The notes under the pieces: generated by a model
Database searches by the model: none
Told to the model about the DNA's origin: nothing
The model's input: only the letters and a program-made list of their open reading frames with translations
Part shown: positions 44,866-53,384 of the stretch, piece after piece
Layout: each line of letters opens with the position of its first letter
How positions within the stretch are numbered: the first letter of the stretch is position 1
Position numbers and translations under genes: made by a program
Origin: a virus
Taxonomy: Duplodnaviria; Heunggongvirae; Uroviricota; Caudoviricetes
Reading direction: 5' to 3' (one strand)
Virus record (IMG/VR): IMGVR_UViG_3300044719_000150
DNA length: 55,890 bases

Positions 44866-45864
44866 ATGACCGAACAGCAGGCCACTGACCTGCGCGCCCA
44901 GCTGGCGAAGCTGCGCGAGCCTTTCGCCCCGGCGAACGTCGCCCACCTGCCGAAGGTGTGGTGCAAGGACTGCCGTGAAGCGCCGAGCAAGGTGTGCTCC
45001 AAGCACCGCAAGCGCACCTGCCAGCACTGCGGCAACAACATCACCGAGGCGCACGCAGACCTCGACTACGTCGGCCACGCGGAGGTCACCAGCCGCCTGC
45101 TGTCGGTCGATCCCCAGTGGACCTGGGAGCCCCTCGCGCTCGACGAGAAGGGCCTGCCGCTCTTCGACGAGTACAAGGGCCTGTGGATGAAGCTCACGAT
45201 CTGCGGGGTCTCACGTATCGGCTACGGCACTGCCGAGTGGCCGAGGTATAAGGACCCTGGCAATATTATCAAGGAGATCATCGGCGACGCCATCCGCAAC
45301 GCCGCGCAGCGCTTCGGCGTGGCCCTGGACCTGTGGGCTAAGACGGACCTGAGCGCGGACCGTGCGCAGTTCGTGGCGGAGACCCTGAACGAGACGTTCA
45401 ACGCGCCGATGGAGCAGCCCGCCGACAAGCCAGCGGTGCGCTACCTCGACGCTGATGGGCGCGAGCGCGTGGACCTGCTCTCCCAGCGCATCGGGCTGAA
45501 GTCGAAGGCTGAGACGATGTACGTCGCCAGCATCCTGATCGGCCGCGCGGTGGGCTCCCTGGCCGAGGTGAAGGCCGAGGAGGGCGCCGACCTACTGGCC
45601 GAGCTGGACGAGATCGGCGACGCGGACCGCTCGCTGGATGAGCTGGCGCGGCGCCTGGCCGAGCGTTCCCAGCCGGTGCCGAACGAAGTTCTTGTCAAGG
45701 GCTTGCGCAACCAGGTCCAGACCGCATCCTCCCCGGCCGTGCTGCGCGCCGTGGTGGAGCAGGTGCGCGACGAGCTGGAGCGCTTCCACCTGCCGTGGTC
45801 CGACTACAACCTCCTGATGGCGATGGCCCAGAAGCGCCTGGCGGAACTCAAGGTAGCGCCGTGA
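44866..45864 (+). CDS. Rad52/Sak-like single-strand annealing protein with an inserted Cys-rich module
   Basis: LREPF...LDYVGHAEVTSRLLSVDPQWTWEP...LWMKLTICGVSRIGYG...KEIIGDAIRNAAQRFGVALDLW. Confidence 0.85.
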   Translation: MTEQQATDLRAQLAKLREPFAPANVAHLPKVWCKDCREAPSKVCSKHRKRTCQHCGNNITEAHADLDYVGHAEVTSRLLSVDPQWTWEPLALDEKGLPLFDEYKGLWMKLTICGVSRIGYGTAEWPRYKDPGNIIKEIIGDAIRNAAQRFGVALDLWAKTDLSADRAQFVAETLNETFNAPMEQPADKPAVRYLDADGRERVDLLSQRIGLKSKAETMYVASILIGRAVGSLAEVKAEEGADLLAELDEIGDADRSLDELARRLAERSQPVPNEVLVKGLRNQVQTASSPAVLRAVVEQVRDELERFHLPWSDYNLLMAMAQKRLAELKVAP

Positions 45865-46385
45865 GCCTCCAGGACGCCGCCGCGCGAGTAGCGATCCTCA
45901 CGGCCCTGCGGGACGCCATCGCCGACGAGCTGACCGGCGCGAAGGACGAGCTGGCCGCCGGTCTCGGGGCACTGCATAAGGAGTTCGGCACGGACCGCGT
46001 CTCGGCGCAGATCCCGGACGGCGCGAAGGTCGGCACGATCACCTGGATCTCGCCCGGCACGCGCTTCCGGGTGAAGGACGAGGCGGCGTTCGCGGAGTGG
46101 GTGCTGGCAAACCACCCGACCGAGGTGCGTACCGTGCTCCAAGTCCGACCGGTATGGCAGACCGTTTACCTCAAGGACGGACTGGTTGCTCAGGGCGCTG
46201 ACGCAGTAGACCGGGAGACCGGCGAGGTGGTGCCCGGCGTGGAGGCGTTCGAGAGCGCACCGTACCCACGGCTGAATTTCTCGACCGCCGGACGCGGCGA
46301 CATCGCCCAGGCGTGGCGCAGCGGTAAGATTACGACCCGTTTCCTGGCGGTGCTGCCGCCGAGCCCCACCGAAGGAGAGCACTGA
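45861..46385 (+). CDS. Hypothetical recombination-module protein
   Basis: GTG start overlapping the annealase stop; between annealase and SSB. Confidence 0.7.
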   Translation: MSLQDAAARVAILTALRDAIADELTGAKDELAAGLGALHKEFGTDRVSAQIPDGAKVGTITWISPGTRFRVKDEAAFAEWVLANHPTEVRTVLQVRPVWQTVYLKDGLVAQGADAVDRETGEVVPGVEAFESAPYPRLNFSTAGRGDIAQAWRSGKITTRFLAVLPPSPTEGEH

Positions 46386-46386
46386 C

Positions 46387-46839
46387 ATGGCGGGCGACAC
46401 GTCCATCACGCTTGAGGGCAGCCTGACGAGGGATCCAGAGGTCTCATTCGGCAAGTCCGGCAAGGCGTGGACACGCTTCGCCGTCGCCGTCAACTCGCGC
46501 CGCAAGACACAGGACGGCAAGTGGGAGGATGGCGAGGCCGCGTTCTGGGAGTGCTCCGCGTTCGGTCCGATCGCCGAGAACATCGCCGAGAGCCTGCACA
46601 AGGGCGACCGGGTGATTGTAGTGGGCACACTGCGTCCGGACGTTTACAAAGACAAGGAGGGCAACGACAGGCGCTCGATCAAGGTGATCGTCAGCAACGC
46701 CGGTCCTTCCCTCCTGTTCGCCACGGCCACCGTCGCCAAGACACAGCGGGGGGGCGGGCAGCAGGCCCAGGGCGGGCAGCAGACCGGCTACGGCGACGAT
46801 CCCTGGACTGCGGCCTACGACGACACCCCGCCCTTCTGA
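46387..46839 (+). CDS. ssb: Single-stranded DNA-binding protein
   Basis: ITLEGSLTRDPE...FAVAVN...FWECSAF...AENIAESLHKGDRVIVVG; acidic C-terminal DDTPPF. Confidence 0.95.
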   Translation: MAGDTSITLEGSLTRDPEVSFGKSGKAWTRFAVAVNSRRKTQDGKWEDGEAAFWECSAFGPIAENIAESLHKGDRVIVVGTLRPDVYKDKEGNDRRSIKVIVSNAGPSLLFATATVAKTQRGGGQQAQGGQQTGYGDDPWTAAYDDTPPF

Positions 46840-47384
46840 GCGGGCGGCATCGTGCGGGGAGGCGGGAGCGCTGGCGCGAGTTTGCGCGCCAGCTCCCGCG
46901 CCTCATCCAAGCGGCTATAGCGGACCAGGTGCACGAGCCGCGCCATGGCGGCGAAGGTGGCGCGCGGGAGCACCACCGATTCGTCGTCGGCCAGGTCTGT
47001 CGGCAGCCAGCCGCGCCGGTACAGCGCCACGGCCAGCTCTGAGCGGTTGGCCACTCCCAGCCGGACCAGCGCGTTCCTCAGATGCGTTTTGACCGTGTGC
47101 TCCGAAATGCCCAGCTCTTCGGATATCCGCAGGTTGCTGTGGCCTTGGGTGACCAGGAGAGCCACGTCCCACTCGCGCTCGGTCAGCGGGCACGAGCGGG
47201 GGCGCTCCAGGACGGCGCGCGTATGCTCCCGCATCTCGCGCCGGACCGCCCTGCCCCCGCGCATCGCGGAGAGCTTGTCGAGATAAGCCTCGCGCATGGG
47301 TTCGCATTGGGGGCAGATGGCCTGATGGAGGGACTGGTGCCTGCGCAGACCGTCGATGGTGCCGCAGCTCTCGTGGCTTTTCAT
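46815..47384 (-). CDS. LuxR-family HTH regulator with an N-terminal Cys/His motif
   Basis: PLTEREWDVALLVTQGHSNLRISEELGISEHTVKTHLRNALVRLG; CGT...RH...CPQC; no receiver domain. Confidence 0.85.
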   Translation of the reverse strand: MKSHESCGTIDGLRRHQSLHQAICPQCEPMREAYLDKLSAMRGGRAVRREMREHTRAVLERPRSCPLTEREWDVALLVTQGHSNLRISEELGISEHTVKTHLRNALVRLGVANRSELAVALYRRGWLPTDLADDESVVLPRATFAAMARLVHLVRYSRLDEARELARKLAPALPPPRTMPPAQKGGVSS

Positions 47385-47842
47385 GCCCTCTTCCGGGGGT
47401 AGTTGTGTGCGGCGAGCGCCTTGAGGACATCCTCTTCGCGCCACAGGGTTCCCATGCGCAGCGTGTCGGCGCGTTGCAGCTCAGGCCACAGGTTGGCGAC
47501 GAAGTGGACGTTCCCGCTGGAGATCTTGGCTAATTGCGCGAAGTGCTGTACTCCGATGAGGGGCCCCTGGTAGCCGTACTCCCAGTCCTCCACATCGGGA
47601 GCGGTTTCGGGCACACGCAGCGCGCGCGAGGTCCCCCGGAGGGCGGGCAGCACGTCCCGCAAGAACCAGTAGGGGCGCCGCTCGCCGGACATCAGGAAGC
47701 CCTGGGGGGCGGGCAGTGTCTTGCGTAGGTCATGGCTGACGTATTGCTTGTGCCAGCCCCCGATGTCGGCGATCTCGGAGATGCCCGCATAGAGGCCGCG
47801 CCAAGCGCGTTCGGGGTTGGGAAAACCGGAAGGCACATTCAC
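47381..47842 (-). CDS. Protein with two AlpA/excisionase-like HTH repeats
   Basis: GISEIAD...PYW and IGVQHFAQ...LWREEDV duplicated pattern. Confidence 0.55.
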   Translation of the reverse strand: MNVPSGFPNPERAWRGLYAGISEIADIGGWHKQYVSHDLRKTLPAPQGFLMSGERRPYWFLRDVLPALRGTSRALRVPETAPDVEDWEYGYQGPLIGVQHFAQLAKISSGNVHFVANLWPELQRADTLRMGTLWREEDVLKALAAHNYPRKRA

Positions 47843-47919
47843 TCCTCTCTTGACGAAAGATTATCTGGCGCCGCCGGGCAAGCACAAGCGCCCGGCCGTG
47901 GGGACCAGGCGCTCGGCTC

Positions 47920-47965
47920 GCGGCGGCGTGCACCCGTTGGGTAACGCATTCACTTGGGCCGCCGC
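47920..47965 (-). ncRNA. tigRNA-like guide unit
   Basis: GCGGCGG-CCC-aagtgaatg-CG-ttac-CCA-acgggtgca-CG-CCGCCGC. Confidence 0.8.
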
Positions 47966-47969
47966 AGAC

Positions 47970-48125
47970 CTAGGACCACCAGGACCAGTCGGTCCAGTCG
48001 GTACCCGTGCTCTCGCTGTCGCAGGCCAGGACAACCCCCGCGACAAGTGACCCGAATAGCGCGATGTCCAGCAAGATCCACCACCCATGCGGGTGCGTCA
48101 TCATGTGAATGATGTGGACGATCAT
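47970..48125 (-). CDS. Small membrane protein (51 aa; not in the ORF track)
   Basis: MIVHIIHMMTHPHGWWILLDIALFGSLVAGVVLACDSESTGTDWTDWSWWS. Confidence 0.5.
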   Translation of the reverse strand: MIVHIIHMMTHPHGWWILLDIALFGSLVAGVVLACDSESTGTDWTDWSWWS

Positions 48126-48165
48126 TGGACGCGGCCACCCCAGAAGCTGATCGAGGCCCAGGTCA

Positions 48166-48357
48166 TCAGTCGCCCTTGCTCCACATCTCCACCAGCGCGT
48201 CGTAGATCTGCCCGGTGAGGGTCACGGCGCCGAGAAGGCCCCAGAACGCGAGATCGCTCGCCTTGTGGGTGGGGATGACGAAGTAGGCGAACAGGCCCGG
48301 CCCGGCCACCGCCAGAATCAGCGCGAGCAACCACGCCATGAAACGTCCAAAGGTCAT
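48166..48357 (-). CDS. Small two-TM membrane protein
   Basis: MTFGRFMAWLLALILAVAG...; overlaps the upstream stop. Confidence 0.6.
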   Translation of the reverse strand: MTFGRFMAWLLALILAVAGPGLFAYFVIPTHKASDLAFWGLLGAVTLTGQIYDALVEMWSKGD

Positions 48358-48587
48358 CAGTCGTCCTCCTTGATCTCGAAGTTGATGACGAACACCCGGC
48401 CACCGAAAGAGTCGAAGTGGTACCGGCGGGCGTCGTATGCCGCGTTGTGCGCGCCTTGGCTGGTGTCGTGAACGTGGCACTCGGAGCTGTCGCCGCCGAG
48501 CAGATATCTCGTGGCGCGCTCTTGCGCCTCATCCAGGTCGCTCGCGGTGACATAGAGCGTCGCACGCCGCGACTCGCTTATCCGCAT
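48357..48587 (-). CDS. Hypothetical protein
   Basis: C-terminal part of ORF 48357-48722. Confidence 0.55.
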   Translation of the reverse strand: MRISESRRATLYVTASDLDEAQERATRYLLGGDSSECHVHDTSQGAHNAAYDARRYHFDSFGGRVFVINFEIKEDD

Positions 48588-48591
48588 GCCG

Positions 48592-48894
48592 TCACCACTC
48601 ATCCGGGTCGTAGCGTCGCAGCCGCTCAAGCAGCTGCTTGCGCGCCAGGTCCACCGTGTCGCCATAGGCGGTCCACTCTGGCGCGAACTTCGGCGCACGG
48701 GCAGCCCATCGTTCGCGGTCACCGTGCATCTCGGGCCACGCCTCCGAGCCGCCGATCGCTTCCAGGATCACCAGCACGTCAACGCCGAGGTCGATCAAGG
48801 CGCCGATCCGGTCGGTCTTGTAGAGGATCTGCTCGCGCTCACTGATAATCGGCTTGGCGAGCTGCCCCAGCAGCTTCTCCTCGTACTCGCTCAC
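48592..48894 (-). CDS. Hypothetical protein
   Basis: GTG start after AAAGGAGGG. Confidence 0.6.
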   Translation of the reverse strand: MSEYEEKLLGQLAKPIISEREQILYKTDRIGALIDLGVDVLVILEAIGGSEAWPEMHGDRERWAARAPKFAPEWTAYGDTVDLARKQLLERLRRYDPDEW

Positions 48895-49307
48895 TGCCAG
48901 CCCTCCTTTCCCTCGGTCACTGTGCTCAGGAACTCCACGATCTTTTCGTCCGCCATCAACTCGGCGACACGCTGGCGCTCGCGCAGGACGTAGTGCTCCT
49001 GCCATGCCGCCAGGCCTGGCCCCATGGGAACTGCATAGGCGTTGCGTCGCCCGTTGGCCAGTGACGAGCGCATCCGCTCCAGGGCCATGCGAGGGTTGCC
49101 GCCGTCGCGAATGCCCTCCCGGAGGTGCGTCCAGATCCGCAGTGCCTCACGGGCTCGCACGAAGGCAGCCAGGTCGAGTTCGCTGATCTTGTGGTCGTGC
49201 AGGATCGCCTCGGCCGCGAAGCGCCCGGCCCTGGCCCGGCGCACCTCGGCGTTGCCGACCATGTGCGTGATGTAAAGATCGACGTCGCGGTCGGTCAGCT
49301 CGGCCAT
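48891..49307 (-). CDS. Hypothetical protein
   Basis: ATG at 49307; stop overlaps the next start. Confidence 0.6.
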   Translation of the reverse strand: MAELTDRDVDLYITHMVGNAEVRRARAGRFAAEAILHDHKISELDLAAFVRAREALRIWTHLREGIRDGGNPRMALERMRSSLANGRRNAYAVPMGPGLAAWQEHYVLRERQRVAELMADEKIVEFLSTVTEGKEGWQ

Positions 49308-49309
49308 GT

Positions 49310-49639
49310 CTAGACCTCGACCGTGATGGTGCCCGCGCCGCGCCGGGCCTCGATCTCGCGGACCCAGGCCTGATAGCCGCCTCCCCAGGCGAAGGCCGAG
49401 CCGGTGACGCTGAGGGCGTTCTTGCCGCGCTCCCACGGGGTGTCGCCGGGCCAGCTCGCACTGGTGAGGTTCGGGTGCTTGGTGGCCAGCTGGCCGAGGA
49501 TGCAGAAGTCGCAGTCCCAGAGGTCCAGCCGTTCGACGTTGATCATGTCGGCCCAGCCGGGCGCGGCCTCGTCGAGGAATGTGGCGGCTTCGGGGATCTG
49601 GTCAGCGGTGAAGTGGTGGTCGTGACTTTCGAAAGGCAT
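49310..49639 (-). CDS. Hypothetical protein (LD...PGW...CILGQL family), paralog A
   Basis: AATFLDEAAPGWADMINVERLDLWDCDFCILGQL; AAAGGAGG RBS. Confidence 0.75.
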   Translation of the reverse strand: MPFESHDHHFTADQIPEAATFLDEAAPGWADMINVERLDLWDCDFCILGQLATKHPNLTSASWPGDTPWERGKNALSVTGSAFAWGGGYQAWVREIEARRGAGTITVEV

Positions 49640-49666
49640 GGCGACCTCCTTTGATCGGGGACAGTG

Positions 49667-49713
49667 CGAGCGGCGAGGCCACTCTGGATTTCGCTCGGTG
49701 GAATGGCCGCTCG
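49667..49713 (-). ncRNA. tigRNA-like guide unit (10-nt first spacer)
   Basis: CGAGCGG-CCA-ttccaccgag-CG-aaat-CCA-gagtggcct-CG-CCGCTCG. Confidence 0.8.
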
Positions 49714-49722
49714 GTACGAGGA

Positions 49723-49734
49723 TTAACGTAGCAC
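49723..49734 (-). promoter_or_regulatory. Recurrent motif GTGCTACGTTAA
   Basis: 9 nt upstream of unit 49667-49713. Confidence 0.65.
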
Positions 49735-49738
49735 GGCA

Positions 49739-50161
49739 CTATTCCTCCGTCAAGGAGCCCCCGAAGGGCCGTCCGCCGCGCGCACCGCCACGCAACACCA
49801 CCTCGTTGAACCATGCGCCATCCAGGAGGTTCACGCGCCGCTCGCGGCCCACCTGCGCCCACACCGGGCCGTCGAAACCGTATTCATACATCTGCTTAGC
49901 CGTCGGCCAGGCGCCGAAGATGAACATCGCGGCGCCGTGGTAGCTGTCTAGCGACGCCGCCGCCAGCTTCGGGTGCATGATGGTGAGCATGTACTGCCTC
50001 ACCCGCCGGTCGCGCTGCGTCAGCTGGGCGAGAATGCAGTTGCGGCTGTCATCCATGTCGATGCAGGCGGCCCTGATGTATCGTTCCCAGCCGGGCAGGC
50101 GTAGGTCCAGCAGGTCGGCACCGCGATTGGCGCGGGCCACGGTCGAGGTCGCGTGGGGCAT
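49739..50161 (-). CDS. Hypothetical protein, paralog B of 49310-49639
   Basis: GADLLDLRLPGWERYIRAACIDMDDSRNCILAQL; start after GAGAGGAG. Confidence 0.7.
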   Translation of the reverse strand: MPHATSTVARANRGADLLDLRLPGWERYIRAACIDMDDSRNCILAQLTQRDRRVRQYMLTIMHPKLAAASLDSYHGAAMFIFGAWPTAKQMYEYGFDGPVWAQVGRERRVNLLDGAWFNEVVLRGGARGGRPFGGSLTEE

Positions 50162-50249
50162 GGTTCTCCTCTCGTCGGGGTAGGGTTGCACTAACGTATC
50201 CCGTGCGCTATGTTTGCGGCAATCCGCACTCACAGGGAGGAGACAACAC

Positions 50250-51233
50250 TTGTCTGCTTTTACCAAAGAACCCGGAGCACCCGCCGTAAGCGGCATCTCC
50301 ATCGCCGAATTGCTGGAGCGGGACGGCGTCGATGTCAATCGCGACATCGCCCAGGCGTGGCTGAATACATACAACAAGCAGAATCGGGACCTCAAGCCCG
50401 CGCGCCTGGCCCGCTACACCCGCGACATGGCCAACGACCGCTGGCTGCCCGAGGGCGAACCGATCCGCTTCGACGAGGACGGCCGTCTAGCCGACGGCCA
50501 GCACCGGCTCGAAGCCCTCATCCGCGCTTCCATCCAGCGCGAGCAGCGCGGGGTCTCCGGACCGGAGTGGAGCTTGAAGTTCCTGGTCCTGACCGACCTG
50601 CCCCGCGAGACGCGCCTGGTCAGCGGCACCGGCGCGCCCAAGACGCTCCAGGACGCGGCGCTGATCTCCGGCAACGTGCGCTACGCCAACAACGTGGTGC
50701 CCATCGGCAACCGCGTCTACAACTGGCTCAAGGCGCAGAACCCGGTGCCGACTGGCGGGAACCGGATCACCCTGACCGAGCTGGAGTTCGCCGACTTCTA
50801 TGCCGAGCACATGGGCGAGATCAACCGGGCGGCATACTGGGGCGGCCACCTCAAGCAGCGCATCAAGCTGCCCGCGCTCGCCGGGGGCTTCGCGTACTTC
50901 CTGATCTACGAGGCCAGCGAGGAGCACCATGCGCGCACCGACGTCGATGTGCCCGCCCTGTTCTTCTCGGCTCTGGCCACCGGCGCGGAACTGATCGAGC
51001 GGCATCCGGCCAAGACGCTGCGCGAGACGATCGCCACCCGGCGCGACAACGGAACCCTGAAGACCGACATCGCGCTGGCGCTCACCCTGCGCGCCTGGAA
51101 CGCATTCGCCGAGGAGCGGCTCTACGGGTCGGCAATCCTGCCTGCCGCGTCGGTGACCAGCGCCAACCTGGTCCTGCCGAAGGCGCCCAACCGTAACTGG
51201 AGCGGCGCGATCTACAGCCCGACGCGGCACTAG
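50250..51233 (+). CDS. ParB-like (DGQHR) domain protein
   Basis: KQNRDL...RYTRDMANDRW...EPIRFDEDGRLADGQHRLEAL; TTG start after GGGAGG. Confidence 0.75.
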   Translation: MSAFTKEPGAPAVSGISIAELLERDGVDVNRDIAQAWLNTYNKQNRDLKPARLARYTRDMANDRWLPEGEPIRFDEDGRLADGQHRLEALIRASIQREQRGVSGPEWSLKFLVLTDLPRETRLVSGTGAPKTLQDAALISGNVRYANNVVPIGNRVYNWLKAQNPVPTGGNRITLTELEFADFYAEHMGEINRAAYWGGHLKQRIKLPALAGGFAYFLIYEASEEHHARTDVDVPALFFSALATGAELIERHPAKTLRETIATRRDNGTLKTDIALALTLRAWNAFAEERLYGSAILPAASVTSANLVLPKAPNRNWSGAIYSPTRH

Positions 51234-51243
51234 CCGCTAGGAT

Positions 51244-51341
51244 GGTGGACGCCGTGGCGCAGCCTGGGCGTGACGGGTTGAGCTACCCGTCAGGGTTTCG
51301 CGGGCAAGTTCCCTGCCCCCAGGCTGCGCCACCGGCTCACC
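51244..51341 (+). ncRNA. Predicted three-way-junction structured RNA
   Basis: 15-bp stem GTGGCGCAGCCTGGG (51254-68) / CCCAGGCTGCGCCAC (51318-32) enclosing hairpins TGACGGGT/ACCCGTCA and GGGCA/TGCCC. Confidence 0.6.
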
Positions 51342-51344
51342 GGA

Positions 51345-51447
51345 CCACGTGGCTGGACCGGATGTCCAGTGGTAACTGGGCTACCCGGTAGGCACAGCCC
51401 CACTATTCGTACGGGGCGCTAAGCGGGTTCGATTCCCGCTGCGTGGA
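51345..51447 (+). ncRNA. tRNA-like RNA (acceptor stem plus canonical T-arm; non-canonical D and anticodon regions)
   Basis: CCACGTG/TGCGTGG 7-bp acceptor plus discriminator A; GCGGG-TTCGATT-CCCGC T-arm; three internal hairpins; no encoded CCA. Confidence 0.6.
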
Positions 51448-51472
51448 CTTGTCAACGCATGAATGAAAGGAG

Positions 51473-51703
51473 GTGCATTTCTTGGCACTGGCATATATTG
51501 CTTGGGTGACCGGCATGGTCCTGACCATGAAGTGGCTGGTGAACAATGTTTACCGGGATGATCTGGAGGGCCTAGCCCGGCGCCTGCTCGTGGTCATGAT
51601 GTACGCCATGGCCATCCTGTTCCCGCTCACCTGGGCCTGGGTCGCCGCCGCGCGCACCCCGCGCCTGATCCGGCGTCTGCGCCCTTACCAGCGCAGGCAC
51701 TAA
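51473..51703 (+). CDS. Small two-TM membrane protein
   Basis: GTG start after AAAGGAG; hydrophobic segments. Confidence 0.65.
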   Translation: MHFLALAYIAWVTGMVLTMKWLVNNVYRDDLEGLARRLLVVMMYAMAILFPLTWAWVAAARTPRLIRRLRPYQRRH

Positions 51704-51716
51704 CGTAGCCTGATAA

Positions 51717-51763
51717 GCTGCGGCCATTTCACCATCGAAAGCCCAGACTCTGCACGCCGCAGC
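51717..51763 (+). ncRNA. tigRNA-like guide unit
   Basis: GCTGCGG-CCA-tttcaccat-CG-aaagc-CCA-gactctgca-CG-CCGCAGC; motif copy CTAACGTAGCCT at 51700-51711. Confidence 0.88.
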
Positions 51764-51778
51764 CAAGGAGAAACGAAG

Positions 51779-51967
51779 ATGACCGCCGGTGCAGTAATGC
51801 AGAACGTCCCGGATGGGATCACTCCGGAACAGTACATCAGGATCATGGCACTCCTGTCGGCGATCACGCGTTCGGCGATCGATGGCACTCTGACGGACGC
51901 CATGGTGATCCGCAAGGCTGAGATGTACCGCGAGTACATCGAAGAGGGTCCGAGGCGCGATCGATGA
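51779..51967 (+). CDS. Small hypothetical protein
   Basis: ATG after AAGGAG. Confidence 0.65.
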   Translation: MTAGAVMQNVPDGITPEQYIRIMALLSAITRSAIDGTLTDAMVIRKAEMYREYIEEGPRRDR

Positions 51968-52485
51968 GCCCCGTCTCACCTGGGGCGCTGCGACGCGTCC
52001 CGCTGGGCCAGCGTTTCAAGCTCCAGAACGGCGAGCCGTTCCGCATCCTGGTGACCGGCTACCGGCTGTGGCGCTGGCCGCAGGTGATCCACGACGCCCT
52101 CACGGAGGTCGCGCTCGGCATCCCGATCGACCAGCTGGTGCTGGTGCACGGTCGCGGCGACCCGTACGCGCCCGGCTTCGACGATAAAGGCAAGCCTGTG
52201 GCGCGCATGGTGCGCTGGCGCGACGCCTATGCCTACGATGGTGTGTTGTGGGGCGCCGACTGGATCGCCCACCGGTACGCGGAAGAGCACCACTGGGCCA
52301 GTGAGCCGCATCCGGCGGACTGGGGCAAGTTCGGCCTTTCCGCCGGGCCGCGCCGCAACGGGGAGATGGTGCAGCGCGGCGCGGACATGTGCCTCGGCTT
52401 CCCCTGTGGCGAGTCGAAGGGCACGCGGGGGACGCTGCGCATGGCGGTGGCCGCACGCATTCCGATCAGAACATACGAGGGTTGA
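51964..52485 (+). CDS. SLOG-superfamily (DUF2493/YspA-like) protein
   Basis: RILVTG.R, LVHG, GADWIA, ADWGKFGLSAGPRRNGEM, FP...SKGT. Confidence 0.85.
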   Translation: MSPVSPGALRRVPLGQRFKLQNGEPFRILVTGYRLWRWPQVIHDALTEVALGIPIDQLVLVHGRGDPYAPGFDDKGKPVARMVRWRDAYAYDGVLWGADWIAHRYAEEHHWASEPHPADWGKFGLSAGPRRNGEMVQRGADMCLGFPCGESKGTRGTLRMAVAARIPIRTYEG

Positions 52486-52486
52486 C

Positions 52487-52714
52487 ATGAAATTGACAGA
52501 CTGGCGGGGCAAGCCGATCGAGAAGGGCGCTGCGGTGCTCTACCGCTCCAGCAGCGACTGCCTGGCCTGGAAGCTCGGCGTCGTCGAGGACACCACGGAC
52601 GGCAGGTTGGTGATCCGCTGGGCCGAGGAGGAGAGCCCGAACATGCGCCAGCCGGTCGGCAGGAACATCAGCCCGGAAAGGGTGACAGTATGGCCGCAGC
52701 CTACGAACAGCTGA
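52487..52714 (+). CDS. Small SH3-like hypothetical protein
   Basis: MKLTDWRGKPIEKGAAVLY...GVV. Confidence 0.65.
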   Translation: MKLTDWRGKPIEKGAAVLYRSSSDCLAWKLGVVEDTTDGRLVIRWAEEESPNMRQPVGRNISPERVTVWPQPTNS

Positions 52715-53382
52715 AGAACTACACGCAGTACGACATCCCTGAGACGCTCAAGCACAAGCGCTTCTACCTGCCGCAGGACATCGGCACCGCCGACTACCCG
52801 ATCCAGGGCAAGGTGGACCGCAAGAACCGTCGCACCCTGCGCACGCTGTGGGATGACGAGCGGCATGGCCCGCTGTACCTGCGCAGCCAGCTGATGCGCT
52901 ACAAGCGGTGGGTGAAGACCGTACGCAAGTACGAGGCGGACCCGCGCGACTTCCAGCGCGCCTGGCGGTACCTGAACGAGCACCCGATCTTCTACCGGTT
53001 CCGCGAGTGGGTCATCACCGACGAGGCGCCGCTGACCGAGATCCTCCAGGAGCGCAACCTGGAGCACGAGCGCGGCTTCGACCGGATCGAGTTCGCGGTC
53101 AGCCGGTGGTGCGAGCGCGGGCACAACTGCGAGAAGCGCAAGGAGATCGCGGACTGCGGCCACCGCAAGACGACCGTCGCGTGGATGGAAGCGGGCGAAT
53201 GGACATGGCCTGCCGACAAGGACCCGGAGCACCCCTACGAACCCCGGCCCGGCAAGCACGCCTATCACGACTACCGGCTCGACGTCTACGGCACCACCTA
53301 CGAGGCCTGCGCCCTCCAGCTCGCGTACCGCGTCTGGAAGCTCTACGGCAACGACCGCAGGGCCTGCCACGAGAACCGGTAA
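52690..53382 (+). CDS. Hypothetical protein
   Basis: 230-aa ORF in the operon. Confidence 0.7.
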   Translation: MAAAYEQLKNYTQYDIPETLKHKRFYLPQDIGTADYPIQGKVDRKNRRTLRTLWDDERHGPLYLRSQLMRYKRWVKTVRKYEADPRDFQRAWRYLNEHPIFYRFREWVITDEAPLTEILQERNLEHERGFDRIEFAVSRWCERGHNCEKRKEIADCGHRKTTVAWMEAGEWTWPADKDPEHPYEPRPGKHAYHDYRLDVYGTTYEACALQLAYRVWKLYGNDRRACHENR

Positions 53383-53384
53383 CC

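Noticed and set aside
51345-51447. Amber-suppressor (CUA) or pyrrolysine/selenocysteine tRNA
   Set aside because: CTA sits in a GG-CTA-CC context that can pair, with no U33 or purine 37. The D region is non-canonical and I see no pyl or sel genes. Kept only as tRNA-like.
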